Shown here: positions 49,582 to 59,153 of the stretch, in pieces
How the letters are laid out: every line of letters starts with the position of its first letter
Numbering within the stretch: the first letter of the stretch is position 1
Assembly: GCA_965552135.1 (NCBI GenBank)
Contig: CBEVQY010000006.1
Location: forward strand, 8,713-72,712
Direction of reading: 5' to 3'
DNA length: 64,000 bases
Origin: an uncultured bacterium
GTDB taxonomy: Bacteria > UBP14 > UBA6098 > B30-G16
The notes under the pieces: generated by a model
What the model saw: only the letters and a program-made list of their open reading frames with translations
Database searches by the model: none
What the model was told of the DNA's origin: nothing
Made by a program: the position numbers and the translations under genes

Positions 49582-51444
49582 TCATTTCAGATAGACGATT
49601 CGTTTTGCGCAGATGGCCGTAGTTGCTCGCTGCGGCGTTGTCGCGCAAACGAGATATATCCCCGCCGGAATGGATTTGTCGGGCTGCCAGATGTATCGCC
49701 TCATCCCGCGGTCTTTCGCGCTGGAGGGGAATTTTTTCACCACCTTTCCCAGCAGGTTGCAGATTTCTATGGTTGCTTCTGCAGGCGCAGCGATAACGCA
49801 CGACGAGTTGAACGGATTCGGGTATACGGAGATTTCCATTGCCTTCGGCTTGTTTTGGCTGTGTTCAGCGATTATTGACGAGCCGTATTCGTCTGCGCCG
49901 ATGTCCCAGCCGGCGCCTTGGGGTCGATCGCCGCCTTCGAAATCGTAACCCGGTGCGTATATAACTGTGCCCCAGATTGGGACATAAATGGATTCCGCCC
50001 CCGCATCTATGCAGGGGGAGGTTTCGGAGAGGTGGAAAAGTGAATCAGCAAAAAGCGGGTCGGCGTTTATGTTCCCGGGACCCCAGATGATTTCGGATCC
50101 GGTCTCGATATAGCATTCGCTGGAGTCTATGTCCGTGTATGCCACAAAGAGGATGCAGGGACGATCTCCAGAGTGTCTAACAAAAATCTCACTTCCTAAG
50201 CTGGCAGTATTTTGCCATAGGATGGAATTGAAGACCGTTAGGTTAGATTCGCGGCAATAGATGCCACCGCCACCATCTGCCGAGTTTTCGCTTATTGTGT
50301 TGTTCACTAACACCGGGCTAGAATACCATTCACAGCAAATTCCGCCGCCAATCCACGCCGAATTTCTGTTTATCGCATTGTTGATTACTGTTGGATTGGA
50401 GGCTAAGCAATAAATTCCACTACCGCCGATTGCCGAGTTTCTGCTTATTATGTTGCTTATTATCGTGGGGTTGGAGTTATGGCGGCAGAAAATTCCGCCC
50501 CCGTTAACCGCTGAGTTTTCAGTTATTATATTATTTGATATTATCGGCCTGGAATTATCACACCAAACTCCGCCGCCGCGCTGTGCTGAATTTCTACTTA
50601 TTGTGTTGTTTGCTAGCGTTGGGTTGGAGATCAAACAACAAATCCCGCCACAATCATCCGCCGCTGTGTTTTCGTCGATTTGGTTGTTTGTTATTGTTAG
50701 ATTGGAGTACCATTCGCAGTAAATTGCTCCCCCGCGGTGATTCGCTGAGTTTCTAAATATGGTGTTGTTCACTACTTCCGGGCTGGAACGGTTGCAGTAG
50801 ATTCCGCCGCCGCTGGATCTTGCTAAATCTCCACTTATCGTGTTGTTTGCTATTGTCGGGTTGGAAGAATATAAGCAGCCAATCCCACCGCCGTGGTCTG
50901 CTGAGTTTTTGCTTATTGTGTTGTTTTCTATCATCGGGCTGGAGTATTCACAGTAAATCCCACCGCCGCAGTTATCAGGATGATCGCCAAACGCATTCCC
51001 ATATTCAATTCTGCAGTACATCAGCGTGCAGCCCTCCGCCGCGTGATAAAACCTTATGCCGTGATGACCGCCAGTGGAATCCGTCAAAACTGTATCCTGA
51101 GCCGTGAAGACTATGCTATCGGTCGGGGTGCCTATAGCCTTCAGCACAGCGTTGCTGTCCACGCAGAACTTGTAGTGTCCGGTAAAGATTATCGAGCAGC
51201 CCGGCTCTATCAGGAGCATGCTGTCTGTGGGGATGTGGATTTCGCAGTCCACGTAGTAGGGTGAGCACTCTGCTGTCCATATGCCGGAAACGTTGCCGCA
51301 GACGTGGGTGCCGTCTGTGGCGGTTGTTGGGGTCGTTTTGCGCGCTTTGGCGCCGGCATCGGCGGTGCGCTCAAAAGAACTCGAAAAAGACCGGGGAAAA
51401 CAGAAAGAGAAAATGACGGAGAAAACCAGAATCACTCTCCTCAT
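49582..51444 (-). CDS. Secreted right-handed parallel beta-helix repeat protein with T9SS type A CTD (paralog B)
   Basis: Start MRRVILVFSVIFSFCF (ATG verified at 51442-51444). The N-terminal approximately 200 aa and an approximately 125-aa C-proximal block are near-identical to paralog A. Repeat core and the last approximately 65 aa differ. Confidence 0.7.
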   Translation of the reverse strand: MRRVILVFSVIFSFCFPRSFSSSFERTADAGAKARKTTPTTATDGTHVCGNVSGIWTAECSPYYVDCEIHIPTDSMLLIEPGCSIIFTGHYKFCVDSNAVLKAIGTPTDSIVFTAQDTVLTDSTGGHHGIRFYHAAEGCTLMYCRIEYGNAFGDHPDNCGGGIYCEYSSPMIENNTISKNSADHGGGIGCLYSSNPTIANNTISGDLARSSGGGIYCNRSSPEVVNNTIFRNSANHRGGAIYCEWYSNLTITNNQIDENTAADDCGGICCLISNPTLANNTISRNSAQRGGGVWCDNSRPIISNNIITENSAVNGGGIFCRHNSNPTIISNIISRNSAIGGSGIYCLASNPTVINNAINRNSAWIGGGICCEWYSSPVLVNNTISENSADGGGGIYCRESNLTVFNSILWQNTASLGSEIFVRHSGDRPCILFVAYTDIDSSECYIETGSEIIWGPGNINADPLFADSLFHLSETSPCIDAGAESIYVPIWGTVIYAPGYDFEGGDRPQGAGWDIGADEYGSSIIAEHSQNKPKAMEISVYPNPFNSSCVIAAPAEATIEICNLLGKVVKKFPSSAKDRGMRRYIWQPDKSIPAGIYLVCATTPQRATTAICAKRIVYLK

Positions 51445-52053
51445 AACTTCCTCTTTCAGATGAGCCCTCGACAGAAAAATCAAATGAGAAGCCCAAAGCG
51501 GTGCAAGAGCGAAAAGCAAGCGCGTTGCATTTGGTCCTTCGCGATGTGAGGGGAGCGTTGTTTTATATTTGCGCTTCAAGTCGAGCGGGCTGCGGTGCAC
51601 GAAGAGATCTTTTGGCGTCTTAGCGGCATCCGCGTGCCGTGCTGGCGTCGAGTTTGCTTTCGCTTCGGTTAGGCGCTTTCGCGGCGTTCGCCCGCTTTCC
51701 CTTGACGCAGCTTTAGGGGAAGGTTATGTTCGTTTTGCTTCGGCACAGACGGCTATGCAGCGGTGAACTTGTGATCCGCGGCGCCGCACTCGAGCGGGGA
51801 ATCGGGATCAGGAAGGCGAGGGTCGCCCTCTTCGCCTCGGGGACACAGGGGTCTACAGCGCGGGCTGCGGATGCTCGCAGGGGGAGGGCGATTTCTGCAG
51901 TTCGGCGTCGCGAATGCGTCCCTGGCGCTGAAACCGCCTGAGGGCGTCTCGTTTACCACAGGGCGTCGTGCTCGGACATCAAAGGCGCAGAGGGGGGACG
52001 CGGTTGTTTTGCCTTCTAAGCGCCTTCGAGTTCTAAAAAGGAGGCAGGTTGGT

Positions 52054-52596
52054 ATGGACGTGATCTGGTCGAGGCTGCCACACCTGGAGCAGATCTCCGA
52101 CGATAGGCTCAGGTCCGGCGTTAAGGCGTGCTTCGAGGCGGCGATAGAGCGGGGCGGATGGACGGAGGAGGAGGCTTTACGGATACCGTTCACACTCCTT
52201 ATCCCCAACTGCCCCGTCTCGCTTGTCGATCACACGGCTGCGGTGACGGAGATAGCCCTAAGAAGCGCCGAGTCCGTCGCGAAGATGTATCCGCGCTTCT
52301 CATACGACAGGGATGCGCTTATCGCCGGTGCGATACTGCACGACGTTGGCAAGTTCCTCGAATACACGCGCACCGACGAGGGCTTCGTCAAAAGCGACTT
52401 CGGCAAGCTTCTGCGCCACCCGTTCAGCGGGGCGGCGCTTGCCTATGAGTTCGGGCTACCGCCGAAGGTCGTTCACATAATCGCCGTCCACGCGAAGGAG
52501 GGCGACTCGGGCTACAGGTGCCCCGAAGCCGTCATCGTAAACAAAGCCGATTTCATAACATTCGAGAGCCTTAAGGCTGCGCTCGGTATAAAGTGA
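52054..52596 (+). CDS. HD-domain phosphohydrolase
   Basis: HD motif ...AGAILHDVGKFLEY... The track ORF is N-terminally over-extended; ATG at 52054 is preceded by the RBS AAAAGGAGG. Confidence 0.65.
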   Translation: MDVIWSRLPHLEQISDDRLRSGVKACFEAAIERGGWTEEEALRIPFTLLIPNCPVSLVDHTAAVTEIALRSAESVAKMYPRFSYDRDALIAGAILHDVGKFLEYTRTDEGFVKSDFGKLLRHPFSGAALAYEFGLPPKVVHIIAVHAKEGDSGYRCPEAVIVNKADFITFESLKAALGIK

Positions 52597-52608
52597 TATC
52601 TTAACTAA

Positions 52609-53049
52609 ATGAGCTATCATATTGAGCGACAAGTTGTTATTACAAACAGCTCCGACGAAACCGAGGCTGAGGGTGAGCGCCTTGGGAGGACGCTTTCTCC
52701 GGGGGATGTGGTGCTCCTCTTCGGGGAACTTGGCGCGGGGAAGACGACATTCGCTAAGGGCGTCTGTCGCGCACTCGGGGTGAAGTGGGCTCGAAGCCCT
52801 TCGTTTGTCATCGTGAACGTCTACTGCGGAGATGTGCCCGTATACCACATAGACCTCTACAGAACCAAGGAGCTTGACCAGGTCACCGCAGCCGAGATAG
52901 CCGAGCACATCTGGGACAGCGATGCCGTAAAGATTGTGGAGTGGGCGGAGAGACTTCCGGAGGAGATCGTTCCGCAGAGTTTCGTCGCTGTGAGGTTCGA
53001 AAGGGTTGGGGAGCAGGTGCGGCGAATAACGATCGAAAGGGCGAAATGA
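52609..53049 (+). CDS. tsaE: tRNA threonylcarbamoyladenosine biosynthesis protein TsaE
   Basis: Walker A LFGELGAGKTTFAKG, YjeE family, 146 aa. Confidence 0.85.
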   Translation: MSYHIERQVVITNSSDETEAEGERLGRTLSPGDVVLLFGELGAGKTTFAKGVCRALGVKWARSPSFVIVNVYCGDVPVYHIDLYRTKELDQVTAAEIAEHIWDSDAVKIVEWAERLPEEIVPQSFVAVRFERVGEQVRRITIERAK

Positions 53050-54566
53050 CCCGCATAGTCGTAAACGTTCAGCTCCACGAAAGGCGCGTGGCAATTCTTG
53101 AGGGTGGCAAGCTCGTGGAGCTTTTGATAGAGCGCTCCGATCAGCGCAGAACGGTGGGGAATATATATAAGGGCGTCGTCGAGGATATCGTTCCGGGTCT
53201 TCAGGCAGCCTTCGTGAACATCGGCCTGCCCAAAAAGGCTTTCCTGCACATATCCGATATATCCCGCTTTGATCCCTTCGCCGACGCCGAGACCGACGAC
53301 GAACAGGACTTTCAGCAGCCCCACGTTGAGCAGGGGCACGAGCAGATCCAAAACGTCCTTCGGCGCGGGCAGGAGATACTGGTTCAGATAATCCGCGAGG
53401 GCATAGGCACGAAGGGTCCCCGCTGCACGACGCAGCTTGCGCTTGCTGGGCGTTACGTTGTCCTTATCCCCGGGGCTCGGCACGTTGGCGTCTCGCGCAA
53501 GATAAGGGACCGCTCCGAGCGCGCAAGACTCAGGAGCATCGTCAAAGCCCTTCTCCCCGAGGGTTTCGGCGCCATCGTGAGAACGCTTGCCAGGGGCAGA
53601 AGCGCCGAGGTGCTTCAGCAGGACTTCATCCAGCTCAAGAAGGCGTGGGATAAAGTTGTTCAGCGTGCGAAGTCTTTGCCGCCGGGCTCCCTCGTCTTCC
53701 GCGACGCGGGGATGATACCCGCCCTCATAAGGGACCAGATGTCGCCCGACGTGCACGAGCTTGTGGTCGACTCCGAACAGGAATACCGCCGCATAGTCGA
53801 CTACACCCGCTCGGTCGCACCCGAACTTGCCGAACGCATAAAGCTCTACAGGGGGCAAAAACCCATCTTCGACGCCTTCGGCATCGAGAAGCAGATAGAC
53901 GAGATGACCGAGCGCGTCGTTCGCCTGCCCAGCGGCGGCGAGATCGTCATAGACCAGACCGAAGCGCTCACCGCAATCGACGTAAACACGGGGAGATTCA
54001 CGGGCGGCGGAAGCTACGAGGACACGGTGTTTAAGGTGAACCTCGAGGCTGCCGAGGAGGCTGCGCGGCAGATCAGACTGCGTGACATAGGCGGACTCAT
54101 CGTCGTCGACTTCATCGATATGAAGGACGCCAGCCGCATCTCGCGTGTGGAGCAAACGTTCAGGGATGCGCTCCGCAACGACCGCGCCACAACGTGGGTC
54201 CTGCCGATGAACCAGTTCTCCGTTATCATGATGACCCGAAAGCGCGTGCAGCAGTCGGTGATGTCGCAGATAACGGAGCGCTGCCCCACATGCGGCGGCG
54301 TGGGAAGAGTGTACTCACCGGGGACTGTGGTCGCCAGAATCGAACGCTGGCTCATTCGAAACCCAAGCCACAAAGGGAAAAGGCTTGTGCTTTTGGTTCA
54401 TCCCGCCGTGGCTGAGGAGCTCCTCTTCGACAACGCGGAAAGACTTAAGGACTTCGAGAGGACCTACGGGGTAAAACTCGACGTCTTTGCCGATGTGGCT
54501 TTGTCGCCGAATTCGTTCTGCATCTTCGACGCCAAAACGGGCGAAAGGCTTCCCACTATGCCCTGA
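53046..54566 (+). CDS. rng: Ribonuclease G/E family endoribonuclease
   Basis: S1 domain (GNIYKGVVEDIVPGLQAAFVNIG), DNase-I-like catalytic core (IDVNTGRFTGG, LIVVDFIDM), Zn-link CPTCGG. ATG at 53046 overlaps the tsaE stop (ATGA). Confidence 0.85.
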   Translation: MTRIVVNVQLHERRVAILEGGKLVELLIERSDQRRTVGNIYKGVVEDIVPGLQAAFVNIGLPKKAFLHISDISRFDPFADAETDDEQDFQQPHVEQGHEQIQNVLRRGQEILVQIIREGIGTKGPRCTTQLALAGRYVVLIPGARHVGVSRKIRDRSERARLRSIVKALLPEGFGAIVRTLARGRSAEVLQQDFIQLKKAWDKVVQRAKSLPPGSLVFRDAGMIPALIRDQMSPDVHELVVDSEQEYRRIVDYTRSVAPELAERIKLYRGQKPIFDAFGIEKQIDEMTERVVRLPSGGEIVIDQTEALTAIDVNTGRFTGGGSYEDTVFKVNLEAAEEAARQIRLRDIGGLIVVDFIDMKDASRISRVEQTFRDALRNDRATTWVLPMNQFSVIMMTRKRVQQSVMSQITERCPTCGGVGRVYSPGTVVARIERWLIRNPSHKGKRLVLLVHPAVAEELLFDNAERLKDFERTYGVKLDVFADVALSPNSFCIFDAKTGERLPTMP

Positions 54567-54670
54567 GCCGAAGCGTTGGCTCCTTTGGCTTTTGGTTCTG
54601 CGCGCCAAAAAGTGTTTGCGTCGGTCCGCCTCAGGCTTATCTTTAGCAAAACGGAGCAAACCATGAGGAG

Positions 54671-55186
54671 GTGACTATGAGGAAGCGCTCGTCGGCACTG
54701 CTTGTGGGCTTGCTTGTGGCTCTTGCGATTTTTATGTGGGGTTGTCCGAAGAAGACTCCGCCTCCGCCGCTGCCGCCCCCCGCTGAGGAAAAGCCCGTGG
54801 AGAAGCCAAAGGTCGAAGAGCCAGTCGTAAAGCCGAAGCCGAAACCAACGCTCAACCTTAAGCCGATATACTTCGACTTCGACAAATACGACATAAAGCC
54901 CGAGATGGAAGCGGTTCTCACCGATAACGCGAAGCAGCTTTTGGATAACCCTACGGTTCGTGTCAGGCTTGAGGGCAACTGCGACGAGCGCGGCACGAAC
55001 GCCTATAACCTCGCTTTGGGCGAGAAGCGCGCCAACGCGGTCAAGGACTTCCTGGTAAAATACGGCATATCTCCCGACAGGATCGAGACGGTAAGCTACG
55101 GCGAGGAGCGCCCCGTCTGCAGGGAGCACAACGAGAACTGCTGGTGGCGCAACAGGCGCGTCGACTTCGTGATAATCTCGCAATAG
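54671..55186 (+). CDS. pal: Peptidoglycan-associated lipoprotein (OmpA-family)
   Basis: Lipobox MWGC, Pro-rich linker, OmpA-like domain (IYFDFDKYDI...NLALGEKRANAVKDFLV...RVDFVI). Confidence 0.8.
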   Translation: MTMRKRSSALLVGLLVALAIFMWGCPKKTPPPPLPPPAEEKPVEKPKVEEPVVKPKPKPTLNLKPIYFDFDKYDIKPEMEAVLTDNAKQLLDNPTVRVRLEGNCDERGTNAYNLALGEKRANAVKDFLVKYGISPDRIETVSYGEERPVCREHNENCWWRNRRVDFVIISQ

Positions 55187-55214
55187 CCCGGGCTTTTGGG
55201 CTTCGACCTGCGCT

Positions 55215-55991
55215 ATGTCGGTGCGGCAAGGCGATATAGTTCGGCTTGGTGTGGCTGCGGCATTCGTCCTTGCGTGTGTCGGTTGCGCCACAAGGAGCGA
55301 GATAAAGCGCTTCCAGCAACAGCTCGACTACCTCACGCAGTCCAACGCCTCGCAGGAGCGGCGACTTGCCGAAATCGACTCCCTCTTGCGCGCACAACAG
55401 TACATGCTGCGCCAAATAAGCGCAACCCAACAGTACAACATGGAGCAGCTGCAGAGGGAGATGCAGATCGTGGAGAACATCCTGCGCGAAAGCGGCTTTA
55501 GGGTTTCGGAGCTCACGGAGCAGATAAAGAGGATCCAGAGCGAGATGGCGTCGGCATCGACGCCGCAGGCTGAGGATACGTCCGATACGGCTTCATCTGT
55601 CCCCGCTTCGACGGTGAACCCAAAGCAGCTCTACGAGACGGCAAGTCTCGACTTCAACAGGGGCAAGTTCGAGCTTGCGCGGATGGAGTTTGCGCAGTTT
55701 ATAGAACTTTTCCCAAAAAGCGCCCTCGCCGACGACGCCCAATACTACCTTGCCGAGTGCCTGAACCAGCTGGGCAAGTACGAGCAGGCAAAGCGCGAGT
55801 ACCTCAAGGTCAGGTCGAACTATCCGGAAAGTGATCTCGTTCCCGCTGCGCTCTACAACGCGGGCAACGTTTGCCTGAAGCTCGACGATATAGACTGCGC
55901 AAAAAGGCTTTTTGAGGAGGTCGTAAGAAGCTATCCGAAGTCCGAGGAAGCCGCATTGGCGAAGGAGAAGCTTGCAAGGCTGGGGCGATGA
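55215..55991 (+). CDS. Tol-Pal system protein YbgF/CpoB-like (coiled-coil plus TPR)
   Basis: N-terminal coiled-coil (QQLDYLTQSN...QLQREMQ) and C-terminal TPR repeats (YYLAECLNQLGKYEQAKREY...). Immediately downstream of pal. Confidence 0.65.
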   Translation: MSVRQGDIVRLGVAAAFVLACVGCATRSEIKRFQQQLDYLTQSNASQERRLAEIDSLLRAQQYMLRQISATQQYNMEQLQREMQIVENILRESGFRVSELTEQIKRIQSEMASASTPQAEDTSDTASSVPASTVNPKQLYETASLDFNRGKFELARMEFAQFIELFPKSALADDAQYYLAECLNQLGKYEQAKREYLKVRSNYPESDLVPAALYNAGNVCLKLDDIDCAKRLFEEVVRSYPKSEEAALAKEKLARLGR

Positions 55992-56959
55992 GGAGAAGGG
56001 CGGCGGTGATAAGGCTTTCGTCTTTAGGTGACGTTGTTTTGGCGACCGCGGCGGTCGAAGCCCTCGCACAAAACGGCTTCGAGACGGTGTTCGTCACAAA
56101 AAGCGAGTATGCCCCGCTGTTTTCTGAGGACCCGCGCATAAGCGAGGTTGTCGTCTTCGACGGAGTGCTCTCGACGGCGCGCAGGGTGCGTCGCCTAAAA
56201 CCCGACTACGTCATCGACCTGCACGGAACAGCGAGGACCTTTGTCATATCCGCGCTCGTTGGTCGGAGGGTGCTTAGGGTGCGCAAGAGGTCGATAAGAA
56301 GGCGCGCGCTCGTCCATCTTGGGATCGGAGATAGAACCCCGCGCTCCGTGGTCGACGACATCATCGCTGTGCTTAAGCGATTGCCCGCAGCTTTCAGCGG
56401 CAACCTCGTGCCAAAGCTCTTCCCAACCAAGGCGGGGGTCTCCAAGGCGAAGAAGCTTTTGGGGGATCTTCCAAGACCGATAGCGCTTTTGCACCCCGGC
56501 GCGAAGCATCCGCTTAAGAACTGGGGGCGTGAGCGCTTCGTCGCACTCGCCTCCCTCCTGCGCGAAAGGGGCATAAGCGTTGCGATGATCAGCGACGGCA
56601 AAGCCGCGGACGAAAGCTTTCGATGCACGGGTGAGCTTACGCTCGAGGAGCTTGTTGGCGTTATCTCGTTTGTCGATGTTTTCGTTGGCAACGACAGCGG
56701 TCCGAGCCACATCGCCGCCGCCCTGGATGTGCCATCGGTGACTATATTCGGTCCCACGCACCCGGCACTTGGTTTTGTGCCCCGCGGCAGGTTCGCGGAG
56801 TACATCTTCGCTGATGCGCCGTGCTCGCCCTGCACCCTCCACGGCGAGGGGAAGTGCCGTACGGGCGATATGAGGTGCTTCGAGGCTATAACCCCGAAGA
56901 TCGTCTGCGAGAGGGTTTTGGGCATAATTGAGCGCACACTGCAGAGGGTTTCGGCATGA
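55988..56959 (+). CDS. Glycosyltransferase family 9 (LPS heptosyltransferase-like)
   Basis: IRLSSLGDVVLATAAVEAL N-terminus and C-terminal GNDSGPSHIAAAL motif. 4-bp overlap with the upstream gene. Confidence 0.8.
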   Translation: MRRRAAVIRLSSLGDVVLATAAVEALAQNGFETVFVTKSEYAPLFSEDPRISEVVVFDGVLSTARRVRRLKPDYVIDLHGTARTFVISALVGRRVLRVRKRSIRRRALVHLGIGDRTPRSVVDDIIAVLKRLPAAFSGNLVPKLFPTKAGVSKAKKLLGDLPRPIALLHPGAKHPLKNWGRERFVALASLLRERGISVAMISDGKAADESFRCTGELTLEELVGVISFVDVFVGNDSGPSHIAAALDVPSVTIFGPTHPALGFVPRGRFAEYIFADAPCSPCTLHGEGKCRTGDMRCFEAITPKIVCERVLGIIERTLQRVSA

Positions 56960-57438
56960 AGGGGGGTTCAAAAAGGCTTTGCGAGATCTGCGGCGTTCGC
57001 GAGGCTGAGTTCGCTGTGGTTCAGCGCATTGGCGGCAAGAGCAAAAGGATATGGGTTTGCTCCAAGTGCGCCCTTTCAGTTGGCGTAAAGGAGCAGCTTG
57101 GCGACGAAAGACCGCAGGTTGTGGTCCGCCAGGACCTCGACTATCCCTGCCCCGTCTGCGGGTGGACGCTTAAGGACCTGCTCGATACGAGCATGCTCGG
57201 CTGCCCGCACTGCTACGATGCCTTCGCCCAAGAGGTGAAAACCATAATCGAGCACATCCACAGGGTTCGCCTTTGGGAGGACGACGAGTCGATTTCGCTT
57301 CAGCGCAGGCTTTCGGTTTTGGAGTGGCAGCTTAAGCGCGCGGTTGAGGAGGAGCGCTTTGAGGACGCCGCCAGCCTCCGCGACATGATAAAGAAGCTTC
57401 GCGCGCAGCTCAAAGGCGGGGGTGATGCTGGGTCGTGA
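56956..57438 (+). CDS. mcsA: Protein-arginine kinase activator McsA-like (four CxxC zinc fingers plus UVR domain)
   Basis: CEIC, CSKC, CPVC, CPHC motifs followed by a UVR motif (EERFEDAASLRDMIKKLRAQL). 4-bp overlap with the GT9 gene. Confidence 0.7.
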   Translation: MKGGSKRLCEICGVREAEFAVVQRIGGKSKRIWVCSKCALSVGVKEQLGDERPQVVVRQDLDYPCPVCGWTLKDLLDTSMLGCPHCYDAFAQEVKTIIEHIHRVRLWEDDESISLQRRLSVLEWQLKRAVEEERFEDAASLRDMIKKLRAQLKGGGDAGS

Positions 57439-58483
57439 CGGACAGGTGCTTCGACCGCCCGGCTGGGTCGGTGCGCTCTCCGAGTGGAGCGACGTCGTCT
57501 TGGGCGTTGAGGTCTCCGCCTTCAGGAACCTGAGCGGTCGACCCTTCGGCAACCACCTTACGCCCGACGACCGCGACGAGATCGCCGAGACGATGCTCGA
57601 AGCCGCGGGCTACGACGTATCGGAGGCAACACGCCTGGGGAGCCTCTCTGTGGTGCAGCGGCGCTGCCTCGTGGAAAGACTAACTCTGCCGTCGTATCTT
57701 ACGAAGGGCTACGACGGCGCAGCTGTCATGGTGGACGAGGACGAGAGGTTCGTCGTCGTCGCGGGAGGGCTTGACCACCTGTTCGTGCGGGCAACGGCAG
57801 GACCGCTGGCGTTCGATGAGTCGTACGCTGGCGTGACCAGGTTCGTGGGGCTTGTCGACCGGCAGTTTAGTTGGGCTCGACACGAAAGCTACGGATATCT
57901 CTCCCCAAACCCCGCCGCGTGCGGCGCTGGTGTTATGGCCTCCGCTATGTGTCACGTTCCGGCTTTGTTCATAACGCGCAAGGTGGGTGATCTTGAGCTT
58001 TTGCTCGAGCCGTTCGGTGCGGGCATGCAGAGCCTTTGGCGCGAGGAGGTCGTTGCCACAAGCGCGTTTGTGAGGATTTACTCCCGCGCCCTTGTGGGCA
58101 AGCGCCCTGACGACGTCATAAAGAGTGTGGAGCGGGCGGCAAGGGCTGTAGTCAGCATGGAGCGCGACGCGCGGAACGAGCTTGCCGAAAAAAGCGAGCT
58201 CGCCCTGAAGGACAAGATTCACCGCGCGTTCGGCGTCGCGACGAACGCTGTGGTCATCGAGCTTTGGGAGATGTTTTCCCTCCTCTCCGTCCTGCGGCTT
58301 GGAGCGGCGATGGAGCTTTTGGATATCCCCCTCCACAGGATCGACGAGCTTTTGTTCGTGGCGCAGCCGGCGCACATAATGAGCGCCCACGGCGAGGCGT
58401 TAGATCCCTCCGAGGTCGCCCAGCTTCGCGCAAAAATCCTCCGCGAGGGACTTGAGGAGTCGCAGGAGGGCTTTGAGGTTTAG
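57425..58483 (+). CDS. mcsB: Protein arginine kinase McsB-like (ATP:guanido phosphotransferase domain)
   Basis: Phosphagen-kinase-like core (YLSPNPAACGAGVMASAMCHVPAL aligns to the McsB CP.N(V/L)GTG.RAS motif region). Overlaps mcsA by 14 bp. Confidence 0.7.
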   Translation: MLGRDGQVLRPPGWVGALSEWSDVVLGVEVSAFRNLSGRPFGNHLTPDDRDEIAETMLEAAGYDVSEATRLGSLSVVQRRCLVERLTLPSYLTKGYDGAAVMVDEDERFVVVAGGLDHLFVRATAGPLAFDESYAGVTRFVGLVDRQFSWARHESYGYLSPNPAACGAGVMASAMCHVPALFITRKVGDLELLLEPFGAGMQSLWREEVVATSAFVRIYSRALVGKRPDDVIKSVERAARAVVSMERDARNELAEKSELALKDKIHRAFGVATNAVVIELWEMFSLLSVLRLGAAMELLDIPLHRIDELLFVAQPAHIMSAHGEALDPSEVAQLRAKILREGLEESQEGFEV

Positions 58484-58663
58484 CCGTTGCGGGTGCATCT
58501 GGTTGGTCGACGGGCGGCGTTGGCGCGGGCTTTTGGGTTCACTGCGATGCGCGCGAGCACGATCACCCGTTGCATCGATGCGGATGCAGCGCCGCACGCC
58601 CTCCCTGCTTCGGGGCGCCGCCTCGGAGTTGGCGGGCTCGGGCAGACGCGAGGAACGGAGCGG

Positions 58664-59146
58664 TCATCCGTCGCCCTGAGCCGCAAGAAGTGCCACTGCA
58701 AGGCACGCGATAGCCTCGCCCGCGCCTGTGGCGCCTATGCCCTCGTTCGTCTTCGCCTTCACGGACACAGCCTCGGCCCCAACGCCCATGGCGTCCGCTA
58801 AAGCCATCCGCATGGCTTCGACGTAGGGCGCGAGTCTTGGCTTCTCCGCGACGACCGTGGCGTCCACGTTTACCACGCGAAAGCCCTTTTGGTGGATCAC
58901 GCTGGTGGCGGCGCGCAAAAGCTCAAGCGAGTTCGCATCTTTGTATCTTTCGTCTGTGTCGGGGAAGAGGGTTCCTATATCGCCGCATGCTGCCGCGCCC
59001 AGGAGGGCGTCGATCACGGCGTGTGCGAGTGCATCGCCGTCGGAGTGACCCAAAAGACCCTTCTCGAACGGTATCTCCACGCCCCCCAGAACGAGCCTCC
59101 TTCCCCGGACGAGCCTGTGGATGTCGTACCCTATTCCGATCCGCAT
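58664..59146 (-). CDS. ispF: 2-C-methyl-D-erythritol 2,4-cyclodiphosphate synthase
   Basis: MRIGIGYDIHRL...GHSDGDALAHAVIDALLGAA motifs. Start trimmed to MRIG (ATG verified). Confidence 0.9.
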   Translation of the reverse strand: MRIGIGYDIHRLVRGRRLVLGGVEIPFEKGLLGHSDGDALAHAVIDALLGAAACGDIGTLFPDTDERYKDANSLELLRAATSVIHQKGFRVVNVDATVVAEKPRLAPYVEAMRMALADAMGVGAEAVSVKAKTNEGIGATGAGEAIACLAVALLAAQGDG

Positions 59147-59153
59147 GGTGCGC

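Noticed and set aside
52857-54155. 432-aa minus-strand ORF
   Set aside because: Antisense to the RNase G gene.
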